Shown here: piece by piece, positions 44,401 through 53,500 of the stretch
How the letters are laid out: every line of letters begins with the position of its first letter
Numbering within the stretch: the stretch's first letter is position 1
From: a virus
DNA: 64,000 nt
IMG/VR virus record: IMGVR_UViG_3300049846_000848
Span: 17,384 to 81,383 of that record
Reading direction: 5' to 3' (one strand)
Position numbers and translations under genes: made by a program
The notes under the pieces: generated by a model
Seen by the model: the letters and a program-made list of their open reading frames with translations, nothing else
Told to the model about the DNA's origin: nothing
Database searches by the model: none

Positions 44401-44952
44401 ACCCTAGGCTTTCCTATGATGGCCACTAGGATGGTTACTGCCCTAGCCGGTAAGATGCCTATGGTAGCAGTTAGCTTCGCCACTAGCATGGTACAACAAG
44501 CCCCTCGCATCGTGACTGAAGTAATAAAAGGCTTAGGAGACGGAATTAAGAACATCTTCAAGAACTTCAACCCATTTGGTGGTGGAGGCGGAGGTGGCGG
44601 TATATTCGGATCTATCGGCAAGATATTTAAGTTTGCCGAGGGTGGGGTAGTCCCAGGCAACTCCTATGTAGGTGATCAGATTAACGCTAGAGTTAACTCA
44701 GGCGAGCGTATCTTAACCGCTAGACAAAATAACTTGTTTGAACAACTCATAGACTCGTCTACTGATAGAGGTCAAGCCGGTGGTACTATGGGTACCGCTC
44801 AAGTAGGGCCTGCTATAGGTACCGTAAACATCGTTATAAACGGTTCCGGTGTAACCGACGAGAAGAAGTTAACTGACATGATCATAGAGCGCTTACGTAC
44901 TGAATCTCAGCGCGGTAGAAAGATCATACAAGCCTCAGGTATAGGAGCATAA
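41464..44952 (+). CDS. Tape measure protein (TP901-type core)
   Basis: VQKTTD..AGRLGI core, 11-residue repeats (LPRVIEGLLEG), FAEGGVVPG...ARVNSGERIL. Confidence 0.9.
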   Translation: MAINRDVNVSVNVIVNSKTVSAGIKATESQFKSFFNNVSKLALGFSIGNIVSDSLMKVRQSIAATIAEVVKYDQTLKSVQKTTDMSDAEIQKLSDTFLELSTRLPISAQQLAEVATQAGRLGIKGTKALEGFAENVSKTAVALEISAGEAAESLAQVANSVGINLSKTPGVLLNIASAVNSLDDSSATSSPRIIDALVRIGGAAKGFGKTSVDNLAALSTAMLEQGVSAEETGTAIKNAFIFASTHIEDFAKVMGVSVSEASQMLQQDGVGALQRFAQAAQKAGDSAGSLNAIAEVFGSRSSKALFIMAGSSERVAQLQKLANDEFIKGTSVLTEYERQSKGAEQILNLLKNQFTTAAIEIGLKFIPALKTGATALIELFGAARQGHLLDALAASISSINPAVKTLASTITSLGTSFLIVKNFDAIKATISNFVTSTSTSILSLQSSVLKARTSLSDLFKPITVKGVVDSLKAFKTNLTWAFAANPGRSFSTSMKTAMLQFKLLLRQGIIGFDMFKINLIAGFKSLQIGAKLWAFSMKAAMAGATLGLSIIIDVLINYALEFVETVGGWSKAFDIVMGKMKEFGKVIATYVIDHLTMVLGLLAKLPFIGSKIQSMIDGLNGIKGAMNDTAEEDFTDSLSRRAAAHASSVKTMTAEEKAAYDERTAQTKDYLKGTENLTNENNKKVTALTAEEQDKRDKEALAAFEKQQRKILGLTMSLEEQKNKMQEDLGVESLTKRLETEMGLRQTYGERLAEVVMQKSEEQLTKQLDTEYGLKLTLEERLQDIRLKKMEEARTRALKDAKEVADVVSSNFVSIFEGGQFSKFNQLKASQGTGAAVAGAVGSGLTAMGKGAQGGADLAKDVLKTAASAIPVIGPIMAPLIDMMSMSGEQLRETIRGFIDASVQIPLQIIENIPVIIEELLNGVPRVIEGLLEGLPRVIDGLVEGLPRVIEGFVNNLPTLIDRLVGMLPRFIESMITNFTLGFPMMATRMVTALAGKMPMVAVSFATSMVQQAPRIVTEVIKGLGDGIKNIFKNFNPFGGGGGGGGIFGSIGKIFKFAEGGVVPGNSYVGDQINARVNSGERILTARQNNLFEQLIDSSTDRGQAGGTMGTAQVGPAIGTVNIVINGSGVTDEKKLTDMIIERLRTESQRGRKIIQASGIGA

Positions 44953-44953
44953 T

Positions 44954-45763
44954 ATGGCTAACGCTACTGGTATAGCCTTCTTACATCAAATAGAACTAGG
45001 TACTATATCTGACCCTAACGATCCTAACGCTAACCTACTATCGGTAACATCTACGGCAGCTGGTGACTTCGAGGGCTGGTATATGTTTACTGATACTATC
45101 CGTCAAGTATGGCGCTCAGTAGATACTAACCTGCAAGAGATCGTATTTAAGTCAGATATTCCAGTGAGAATAGATACCTTAGCTATCTTAGGACATAATT
45201 TCAGTAACTTAGCTGTAGTCACATTAGAAGCTAACTCAATCAATGACTTTACTGCTCCTCCAATTCAAGTCAATCTAACTGTAAGTGCCCGTAATATGGT
45301 AATGTTAAATGATCTAGGCTTCGATTTACAATATTATAAATTAAAGATTTTAGATCCACTAAATGAGTGTGGCTACATAGAGATAGGTCGTATATGTGGC
45401 GGGACTAGATTTCAATTCATAGAATGTGAAGATATTAAAGATGATTTTTCAATTAGTTACGTAGACTATGGACAAAAGCTCACGAATGAGGGCTTCAGTC
45501 GTCCAGCGAATAAGAAGATCTTGGCTCGGCGATTGGATGCGTCTTTCGCTAAGATGTCTACTTTGGCAGGCCAGGATGACAACTACCAAGGTCTTCTTTC
45601 TCTTATAGACAATGTTAGAACTACTTTACCCTTTTTAACTATCCTAGATCCAGGTAATCCCACGTTATTCCTAGCGTGGACTGAATTCGAGGACTTACCT
45701 AGCTTTGAGTTCACTATAAACGGTTACGTCGAGGCTAAGTTACGAGTAGAAGAAGTGTTCTAA
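44954..45763 (+). CDS. Putative distal tail (Dit-like) protein
   Basis: Directly after tape measure; LAILGHN, YIEIGRI. Confidence 0.65.
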   Translation: MANATGIAFLHQIELGTISDPNDPNANLLSVTSTAAGDFEGWYMFTDTIRQVWRSVDTNLQEIVFKSDIPVRIDTLAILGHNFSNLAVVTLEANSINDFTAPPIQVNLTVSARNMVMLNDLGFDLQYYKLKILDPLNECGYIEIGRICGGTRFQFIECEDIKDDFSISYVDYGQKLTNEGFSRPANKKILARRLDASFAKMSTLAGQDDNYQGLLSLIDNVRTTLPFLTILDPGNPTLFLAWTEFEDLPSFEFTINGYVEAKLRVEEVF

Positions 45764-45776
45764 GTACCTATAAACT

Positions 45777-45786
45777 CGTATAATTA
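45777..45786 (+). promoter_or_regulatory. Putative late promoter CGTATAATTA
   Basis: Exact motif, intergenic. Confidence 0.75.
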
Positions 45787-45807
45787 TTATATCGGAATAT
45801 ACCCCCT

Positions 45808-47898
45808 ATGGCACAACCTATATTTTTCGATCCCGAAGTAGTATCGATAGTACCCGACCTCGGTAACGTAGGCGACGGCGTACTAACGGTCACACTACTT
45901 ACTCACTTTACTATTAGTCAAGTCTATACCATAACCTGCATCCAGCTTGTACCTAACCCCACATTCGCGGTAGTAGGTAGCTTAGATGGATCGGTAGGAT
46001 TAGCTACTCAAGGTATTCAGTTTACCGATCAAGACATTAAGATAAGATTCATCATAACTGGCGGAGCTACTCCTTTCAATATCGGCGATAAGTTTACTGT
46101 TACCGTCCAACAAGGTACTGATTTAAACGAAGCTAATATCAATCTATATGATGAACTACCGCAAAAGAACTTCTCATTAGATAATGACGATAACTTAAGA
46201 TACGATAATACGACTAAGAAGTTCTCATTTAACGCCGATGAAGTAACTGATCCATTAAACTTCTTTGAGGGTAATGCCTTAGTACAGGCTAGGGACTTTG
46301 TTACTCACGGCGACTCAGCTTATCCGCATATAGTCCAGTCTAGTCAGAAAGAGACTAGCGACGAGACTCTATTTCGTAAGATTCTTAAGATCACGCCCAA
46401 TACTGTAGCAGATACCGCAGTCAATGTATCGGGAGCTACTGTAACTAGGGCTGATGGTACTGTGATGTCTATTGTAGACACCTCAGGCGCTAGGATTAAG
46501 TTTACGGGCGGTACCATTGATTTAGCTACCGGCACTGGTACGCTATGTAGGCCATTTACCCCAGCTACTCTTACTGCCGGACAGTATGTCATATATGGCA
46601 TAGGCTTAAATAACGATGCGCCTAATAAGCGATTAGAGGTGTCATCTGGTACCCCCGACGTGGTATTAGCTAATGCTACCTATCCAGCTATACCTAAAGA
46701 GTTTATATCTATTGGTTACGTTATAGTTCAGGATAATGGATTAGGCGGGACTGGTAACGTAAATACTATCACAGCGGATGAGATAGAGCAGCTTATTATC
46801 TCTAACGGCGGGGCTACGAATGAAGCCGGCTTAATACAAGAGATTTTAACGCTGCGCTATGCCGCTGGTATCTTAGATGAGATCGGCGATAGCACTGCCT
46901 TCGAGCCACTAGAGACTACCGCTAGCTTTGCTAATAAAGGCTTTACGATATCTTATGATAATAAGACTATCGTGGTAGTAGGTAACAACGTGACTATAGG
47001 GTCTGGTTGTGCCTTTACTGTAGCTATAGGGGACGTAGTAGTCCAAAACGGTAAAGCCGTTAAAATCACTACAGTAACTAGCCAGACCGACTTCGACGTA
47101 AGTGATGGTTCAGTCTTAACCTCCGGCAATAATGCCACCATATCTCAATGTGCTGAAACAATAGATTTAACTGATTATGGTGACGCTGAATATAAGACCA
47201 GCGACTATTTCAATACTACTATCGAGCATACCTTATTATGGTATGAAGATGAAACATTTCAAGATACTGCAGTAGCCGTCCCGGTAGCTGCTAGCGTTTC
47301 TAGTAACGGTACATTTTGGACCGACATCTATACTAGACCCAATGACTTTGCTTCGCAGCATACCGCTATAGACATACTATTCCCTGGCGCCCTCATGTAC
47401 GTGCGATTCTTCGCTAACGTATCGGTGGGCTCAGGTACAGTTCGATTAGATAACTATAGAATCTATTTTCATGAGCGTAATCAGTTAGGTGAACTAGTAG
47501 GCCAAAGCTTAGTAGCAGTACAGACTGCTCAGACTATACCAGTCACCATGCTTAATAGCACTGGATCTACCATTCAACCCTTTAAGGTTGTTAGGCCCGA
47601 CTATACCAACGCTGGATTGATGGTATTGGCCGATAAAGGTGGCTTCGCTACTGGTCGAGGTATCGGCATATCAGTCGAGACTATTAATCCAGGCTCAACC
47701 AGCTTGATCTGTACCGCTGGAGTCATAGCCGGGGCTAATCTAATCCTAGGCTTTAACGAAGGAGAAGAGTTATTCCTAGGTACTAATGGAGATATAACCA
47801 ACGTAGCTCCCAGCGTAGTAGGCGAATACGTCCTACGTATAGGTGAGATATCAGGTAATGATTTAATCGTCGCAATGGAGCGACGCGGAGTTCTATAA
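45808..47898 (+). CDS. Tail fibre/baseplate-associated protein
   Basis: Beta-rich multi-domain; shares domains with the 48200 and 49831 genes. Confidence 0.65.
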   Translation: MAQPIFFDPEVVSIVPDLGNVGDGVLTVTLLTHFTISQVYTITCIQLVPNPTFAVVGSLDGSVGLATQGIQFTDQDIKIRFIITGGATPFNIGDKFTVTVQQGTDLNEANINLYDELPQKNFSLDNDDNLRYDNTTKKFSFNADEVTDPLNFFEGNALVQARDFVTHGDSAYPHIVQSSQKETSDETLFRKILKITPNTVADTAVNVSGATVTRADGTVMSIVDTSGARIKFTGGTIDLATGTGTLCRPFTPATLTAGQYVIYGIGLNNDAPNKRLEVSSGTPDVVLANATYPAIPKEFISIGYVIVQDNGLGGTGNVNTITADEIEQLIISNGGATNEAGLIQEILTLRYAAGILDEIGDSTAFEPLETTASFANKGFTISYDNKTIVVVGNNVTIGSGCAFTVAIGDVVVQNGKAVKITTVTSQTDFDVSDGSVLTSGNNATISQCAETIDLTDYGDAEYKTSDYFNTTIEHTLLWYEDETFQDTAVAVPVAASVSSNGTFWTDIYTRPNDFASQHTAIDILFPGALMYVRFFANVSVGSGTVRLDNYRIYFHERNQLGELVGQSLVAVQTAQTIPVTMLNSTGSTIQPFKVVRPDYTNAGLMVLADKGGFATGRGIGISVETINPGSTSLICTAGVIAGANLILGFNEGEELFLGTNGDITNVAPSVVGEYVLRIGEISGNDLIVAMERRGVL

Positions 47899-47911
47899 CA
47901 AGGAGTTAGTT

Positions 47912-48184
47912 ATGGCAGTTAAGAAGAAAGTAGTAGCTAAGAAATCAGTTAAGCCTAGCGAGAATCTAGTTAAAGCCTCAACTAAGCGTAAGAAATTAGA
48001 AGAGCAAACTATTCCAGCAGGACAAGTAACTGAAGAATCAGCTCAGAAGTTGACTCTAATATGTGAGGCAGCTGCTAACAAGCTAGAAGAGATCGTAAAG
48101 GAAGCCGCTAAAGGATTAGGGCTAGAAGTAGAATTACATGTGTTTTTAGATATTAAGAACTTTAGCCGCAAGAAGGCTAACTAA
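47912..48184 (+). CDS. Small basic protein (possible fibre chaperone)
   Basis: AAGGAG SD; Lys-rich N-terminus. Confidence 0.55.
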   Translation: MAVKKKVVAKKSVKPSENLVKASTKRKKLEEQTIPAGQVTEESAQKLTLICEAAANKLEEIVKEAAKGLGLEVELHVFLDIKNFSRKKAN

Positions 48185-48199
48185 CCCTAAGGAGAATAT

Positions 48200-49771
48200 A
48201 TGGCAGTAATTAAGGTACGGGGGCTGAATAGCTTAGGCATCAGCGCGCCCATCGAAGGAGCGGACGAAGGTTTAATCTCGTCGCTACGCATTGGAACGTC
48301 CGGGAGTAACACGCTTTTAACTAAAGCAATCCTAGACACGTTAACTAGCGGAGGAGACGCTTCATCTCTCCATCACCACGACGGACGCTACTATACTGAG
48401 ACTGAATTGTTCTCTAGCACTAGTGGATCTTCTGGTGCTACATTAATTAAAGGTGATAACAAAGCTTATTCTAACATCAGTGGCTTAACTAGCTATACGA
48501 TGCAAGACTTCTTAGATCGTATTAACGCTGCTTTAGGATCAGCTGGATCATCTGACTTCAGTGATGCTACCTTTAGAATCAGCGACGACGGCGATGCTAC
48601 TAAGAAGATTGCTTTCGAGGCTAGTGCTATTACTACTAGTACCGTTCGTACTATTAGTATGCCTGACGCCAACGTAAACTTGGCTGACGCTAATAATGCT
48701 ATCCTTAAAGATGGATCTAGGACCTTTACTGCAGCTCAATCTATGGGCGGCTTTAAGCTTACTTCAGTAGCCAATGGTACTGCATCTGGCGACGCTGTAA
48801 ACTACAGCCAGTTACAGGCTATCCAGTCAATGATTCAAAACTTTGAGTGGCAAGCATCTGTATTAGACAGAGCTATTACCCCTCCAGGATCTCCATCTGA
48901 AGGCGATCGTTACTTGATTGATGGATCTTTAGGTACTGCTACTGGCGCATGGGCCGGGCAAGAGAATAAGATAGCTCAGTACGTAAGTGCTGCGTGGGTA
49001 TTTACTTCTCCTACCGTAGGTATGTTTACTGCCGCAGATGATGAGCCTACTGCTCTTTATCTATATGGTGGAGCTTCTTGGTCTGCTAAGTATTTTGAAT
49101 CTACTACTGCATCTACTGGTCTTACTAAAGTAGGATTCGATATCCGCTTAGATTCTAGTGCTGCTGGAGACGGCTTAGGCTTCTCTTCTGGGGTATTAAG
49201 CGTAAACGTCGATAATACTACTATAGAGCTTAATACAGACGCTTTGAGACTTAAGGCTGGTGGTATTCAGGATAGTCACGTTAATGCTGGAAGTACCTTA
49301 TATGAGGCTATAACCTTCTTTAGCAATACTAACATGACTGGAGCTGAGGCTGAGACTCTTAGCGACGGTTCTAACGCTGACTCACTCCACAAGCACCGTG
49401 ATCTATTCGCTACTTTTACTAACAATACTGGCTCAACTATCGCAGCTGGATCAGTAGTTATGTTAAGTCAATCAGTAGCTGGAGAGATCGCCTTAGCTGA
49501 CGCTAGTGCTATCGCTTCATGTGAAGCTATTGCAGGGGTAGTACCTTCTTCTATAGCTAACGGAGCAAGTGGTCTAGTACAGATTGCCGGCGTATGCGCG
49601 CCTGTGCAGGATGCTGCTTTTGACCTAGGTAAGCGGGTATATGTGTCAGAAACTGCTGGATCGTCTACTAAGACTGCTCCTAGTACTTCTGGCTCAGTTA
49701 TCTTCCTAGTCGGAGAGGCTGTATCTACTACTCAGATTTTGCTTAATAAGCAATTGGTAGCCTTGAACTAA
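48200..49771 (+). CDS. Tail fibre protein with DUF2793-like domain
   Basis: HHHDGRYYTETE, DAVNYSQL, TPPGSPSEGDRYLI...GAWAGQENKIA. Confidence 0.75.
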   Translation: MAVIKVRGLNSLGISAPIEGADEGLISSLRIGTSGSNTLLTKAILDTLTSGGDASSLHHHDGRYYTETELFSSTSGSSGATLIKGDNKAYSNISGLTSYTMQDFLDRINAALGSAGSSDFSDATFRISDDGDATKKIAFEASAITTSTVRTISMPDANVNLADANNAILKDGSRTFTAAQSMGGFKLTSVANGTASGDAVNYSQLQAIQSMIQNFEWQASVLDRAITPPGSPSEGDRYLIDGSLGTATGAWAGQENKIAQYVSAAWVFTSPTVGMFTAADDEPTALYLYGGASWSAKYFESTTASTGLTKVGFDIRLDSSAAGDGLGFSSGVLSVNVDNTTIELNTDALRLKAGGIQDSHVNAGSTLYEAITFFSNTNMTGAEAETLSDGSNADSLHKHRDLFATFTNNTGSTIAAGSVVMLSQSVAGEIALADASAIASCEAIAGVVPSSIANGASGLVQIAGVCAPVQDAAFDLGKRVYVSETAGSSTKTAPSTSGSVIFLVGEAVSTTQILLNKQLVALN

Positions 49772-49772
49772 T

Positions 49773-49782
49773 CGTATAATTA
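49773..49782 (+). promoter_or_regulatory. Putative late promoter CGTATAATTA
   Basis: Exact motif, followed by an 11-bp hairpin. Confidence 0.7.
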
Positions 49783-49810
49783 AGGGTATAGGCTTAACGG
49801 TCTATACCCT
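49783..49810 (+). terminator. 11-bp hairpin (terminator or 5' stabilising stem)
   Basis: AGGGTATAGGC-TTAACG-GTCTATACCCT. Confidence 0.55.
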
Positions 49811-49830
49811 CCTTACTTAAGACTTTTATT

Positions 49831-50517
49831 ATGTTGAAAATAGTTAACGGAATCCCGACTCGGGTTGAAGAATTACCCTACGATGCAGGGTTCTTGACCT
49901 ATGACGTCCAACATAAAGAGCAATTCGAGGATCTATCCGCCATAGATACCGCGAAGACTAAAGCCACTAGAAGTGGCGTTACTATGATATTATCTTATGA
50001 TAATGAGAATATAACGGTAGTAGGTACTGCAGTGACTATAGCCTCTACACCTAACTTCACAGTGCAAGTAGGTGATATCATTAGACAAGGTACCACCATT
50101 AGAGAAATAACTGGCATAACTACTCAAACTCAGGTAACAGTAGACTCAGCTGGGTTGAGTACCGGAGCCGCCACTATATCCCAAGCGGTTCATACGGTCG
50201 ATATAAACCGCTACGGCAGTGCCGGGGATAAGACTAGACCTATCGACTTTAACGCAGCTAACATTAGCACCATGCTTTTACAATACTTTGATAATACTCC
50301 CGAGGCTACTGGGACGGATGCTTATGTGGCATTCGTAGCTAGTTCTAACGGGTTTACTAATCAAACGAATGTTACCATTAAGCCTCAATTATCTACGTCT
50401 ACAGTAAGTTCTGTGACGTTTGGTACTGCCGGCGATAACCTTAAGATCAAATTCTTCTCAAATATAACTGTAGGACAAGGCACTGTAAGGCTTAGCGGCT
50501 TTAAGTGCGCTTTTTAA
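49831..50517 (+). CDS. Tail protein, paralog of the central domain of the 45808 gene
   Basis: SYDN..I.VVG..VTI...FTV..GD...ATISQ...YG...FF.N..VG.GTVRL shared. Confidence 0.7.
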   Translation: MLKIVNGIPTRVEELPYDAGFLTYDVQHKEQFEDLSAIDTAKTKATRSGVTMILSYDNENITVVGTAVTIASTPNFTVQVGDIIRQGTTIREITGITTQTQVTVDSAGLSTGAATISQAVHTVDINRYGSAGDKTRPIDFNAANISTMLLQYFDNTPEATGTDAYVAFVASSNGFTNQTNVTIKPQLSTSTVSSVTFGTAGDNLKIKFFSNITVGQGTVRLSGFKCAF

Positions 50518-50529
50518 AAGGTACTAAAT

Positions 50530-53500
50530 ATGCCTATTTTACGTAAATTAAACTCTAAAGCCGTCATCGTAGCTCCTAGTGATTCGGAATCATCGTCATC
50601 GGCTCACGTTATTAGATATAACGGGTCAGATATGACTCAGCGCCTCCGCCTTAACTTTAGCGGTCCAGGTGTAATAGTTAGCGATGATGCTGGTAATAAT
50701 GAAACAGACGTAGTTATCACAGGTGGGGGCGGGGGTAGCGGAGGTACTTTAACTGGATGCGTCTTAGGCGAGACTATGGCGGCTAACGTAGCCGTATATC
50801 CTAAGCTTAAGAAGAAGATCGTAATTGATGCAAGTAATAATAAGCTATCATTCGCTGAAGGATCAGGGAGTTACACCACGGTGACTATCACTAATGGAAC
50901 TTATTATTACCCATACACTAGCTTGGCTGCTGATATTAAGACTCAACTAGAGGCTATAGGCGCGCTAGACTATACAATCATATCGGATCAGCAGAAATGG
51001 AAGATATCAGCTACTGGTAACTTTAAGATTGACAAGACGGTAGCTAACTCTATTACTACTACTCTTGGATTCGTATCAGTAGTAACTACAACTGGATCTA
51101 CCTATTATAGAGCTGATTCTATTCATCTATACACTCATGCGGTGGTGTTGTTACGCACTAATACTACCAGCGACGGAGCTCCCCCTTATATAGACGATGG
51201 ATTATTCACTACCTTAGTAGGTGCTACCCATAGAAGCCGCAGCTTTAGCGGATTCATTATAGCTGGCGGTAACGCCGGGGATGCTAGAGATCTATATTTC
51301 TCGGCGTCTATGAGCGGTTTTAGTGGTCTAGTTACTGGAAGTCATTATTATACTAATGGTACCGCCGGTCAAATCAGCACCAGTACCGTAGCCAATTCTT
51401 TGTCGGCAGGCTATGCTCTTAATTCAAGCACCTTAGTTATAGATCCAGGGCCTAAAGACTTTGAATTCCAAATCGAACCAGATACTGACGTATTACCTAA
51501 TACCGTAGATGACTTACCAGCTTGGTTAGCCGAGCCGGAGATAGTAAGTGCTAGTAATGCCGATGCCGCATATCATGGGTTCTGTGCCGAGGGCGACTAT
51601 GTAGTAGTAGCTAAAGCTGACACGGGATCAACATCTGGATTTAAGATATCTTGGTCAGTAGACGGCGGGGAAACTTTTAAAGAATATGGTACCTTTTATG
51701 CCATAGGTGAATCTTGGGGCGCTCCTCCTACTGGGTCTGGATATTGGTACGCTAAGCCTATGGTGTGGTGTGATTCTACTGGTAGGGTGTTTATTGCTTA
51801 TTGCTATTATGATGGACTTTATTACGAAGTAAAAGGCTTATATGGAACTATTGACTCTAATGGAGAGCTAACTCTAGCTGTAACAAATGCAGGGGCTGCT
51901 TCTCCTTATACTGACTCAATTTCGCTAATGAACGGTACGTCCCACATGATGTTAGTCGACATGGCATACCTAAATGGATATTTATACGTAGCATATATCA
52001 CTACTAATAGAGCCGTATCCGTTCTATATTCTTCTGATTATGGTGCTACTTTTTATCAGCCCACTACTAGTGGATTCATTACCATAGGGGGGTCCAATTT
52101 AATTCCATTCATTATGAATGGCGCAGATATGACACCTATTCACTTAGTAGTTACCCCTAGTCCTAGCAATCCTACTATTAATAGAGTAGGGATAGTCTAT
52201 TCTGCTGATAATACTAATGGTGATCCTATCGTTACCGCCGACTATCACCTAGCCTTAGCTTATTACGACTCAAATACTCCTCCCTTAAACCTTACTAGCT
52301 GGTCTGGTATTGATTTAGGCGAGCAGTTCGGGACTGGACATTGGAATATAGCTATAGGTAAATGCTGGGCTAATACCGCTAAAACTAAGGTAGCATTTAA
52401 TGTTATAGCAGGACATGGTTCTGGTATTGCAGCCGGATCTACTGCTGCGGGAAGCATCCCTCGCGGGTTTATTAAGCTAATAGATTTGAGTGTATCTACT
52501 CCTACACAATCTAACTCACGCATCAACTACTATGATGCAGCTGGTACCGTAACTTTAGGTAAGGCTGCCTTTCATGATGGTTATACTTCTGAGAATACCA
52601 ACGGCTATTATCACATAAAACATCCTAACAACATCATGTGGCTAGGCTCTAATGCCTTCGTAACAGCTGTAGGTGATACTTATCAAAACAACTCTAAGGT
52701 AATGCACTATTCTCCAGATGTGGTTAGCCAGAATAACGTATCCTACCCTATCACTAACCCAGCTAGAAGAATTGCGTCTGCTTTAGAGGCTGACCATCTA
52801 AAGGCAGAGTGTCAGTTTGTTCAGACTGCTACTAAGAACTTTGCAATCTTTAAGGCTACAGAGTCTATCGCCAATAACCTAGTAGGCGGTAGAATTCTAG
52901 CCCATGAGCTTACTTTAGATACCTCTACCAAAACAGAACTTATCACTAACGGTACATTTGACTCCACTACTACTGGTTGGACAAACGCATACCCCTCAAC
53001 TGGATCTATTTCTTCCACAAGCGGTAGACTGAGACTTACTCAAAATACTGGTAACGCAGGTGCTTATCAGGATATCACTACCGTACCAGGGAAGACCTAT
53101 ATCTTAAAATTTGATATGGTTGCAGGTACTGCAGCAGCTGATCATCAATTCAGAGTTTATTCTTACCCTGAGACAAATCTAGCCTCAATTGCGGGAGATC
53201 TGGCACAATCACTTAACTTTCCTACCACGACTACTACTTTAGGATTTCAAATAGCATTTGTCGCTAAGTCTACAGTTAGTAGGGTCGCCCTTAATCATGG
53301 CGGCGGCGCTTTAGGTACTTATATGGACTATGATAACGTATCAGTAAAAGAATCAGACGTCCAAGTAGGCGCAGAAGTAAACGGTGTATTCATCCCAGGA
53401 CAAGTTGCCGATATCGCCGCTAAGCCAAACGTAGACGACGAGGATACTGCTCTAAAGATTCAAACCCATGAATCAGCAGACGGCAACGCCCACGTATTGT

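Noticed and set aside
42519-44660. Long minus-strand ORFs (198 and 240 aa) within the tape measure gene
   Set aside because: Antisense shadows with no SD or recognisable motifs
50515-50530. 49831 and 50530 ORFs are in frame across a single TAA (read-through or recoding)
   Set aside because: TAA is the dominant stop, the downstream gene has its own SD-like AAGG, and in-frame neighbours are common here; genes are intact under code 11
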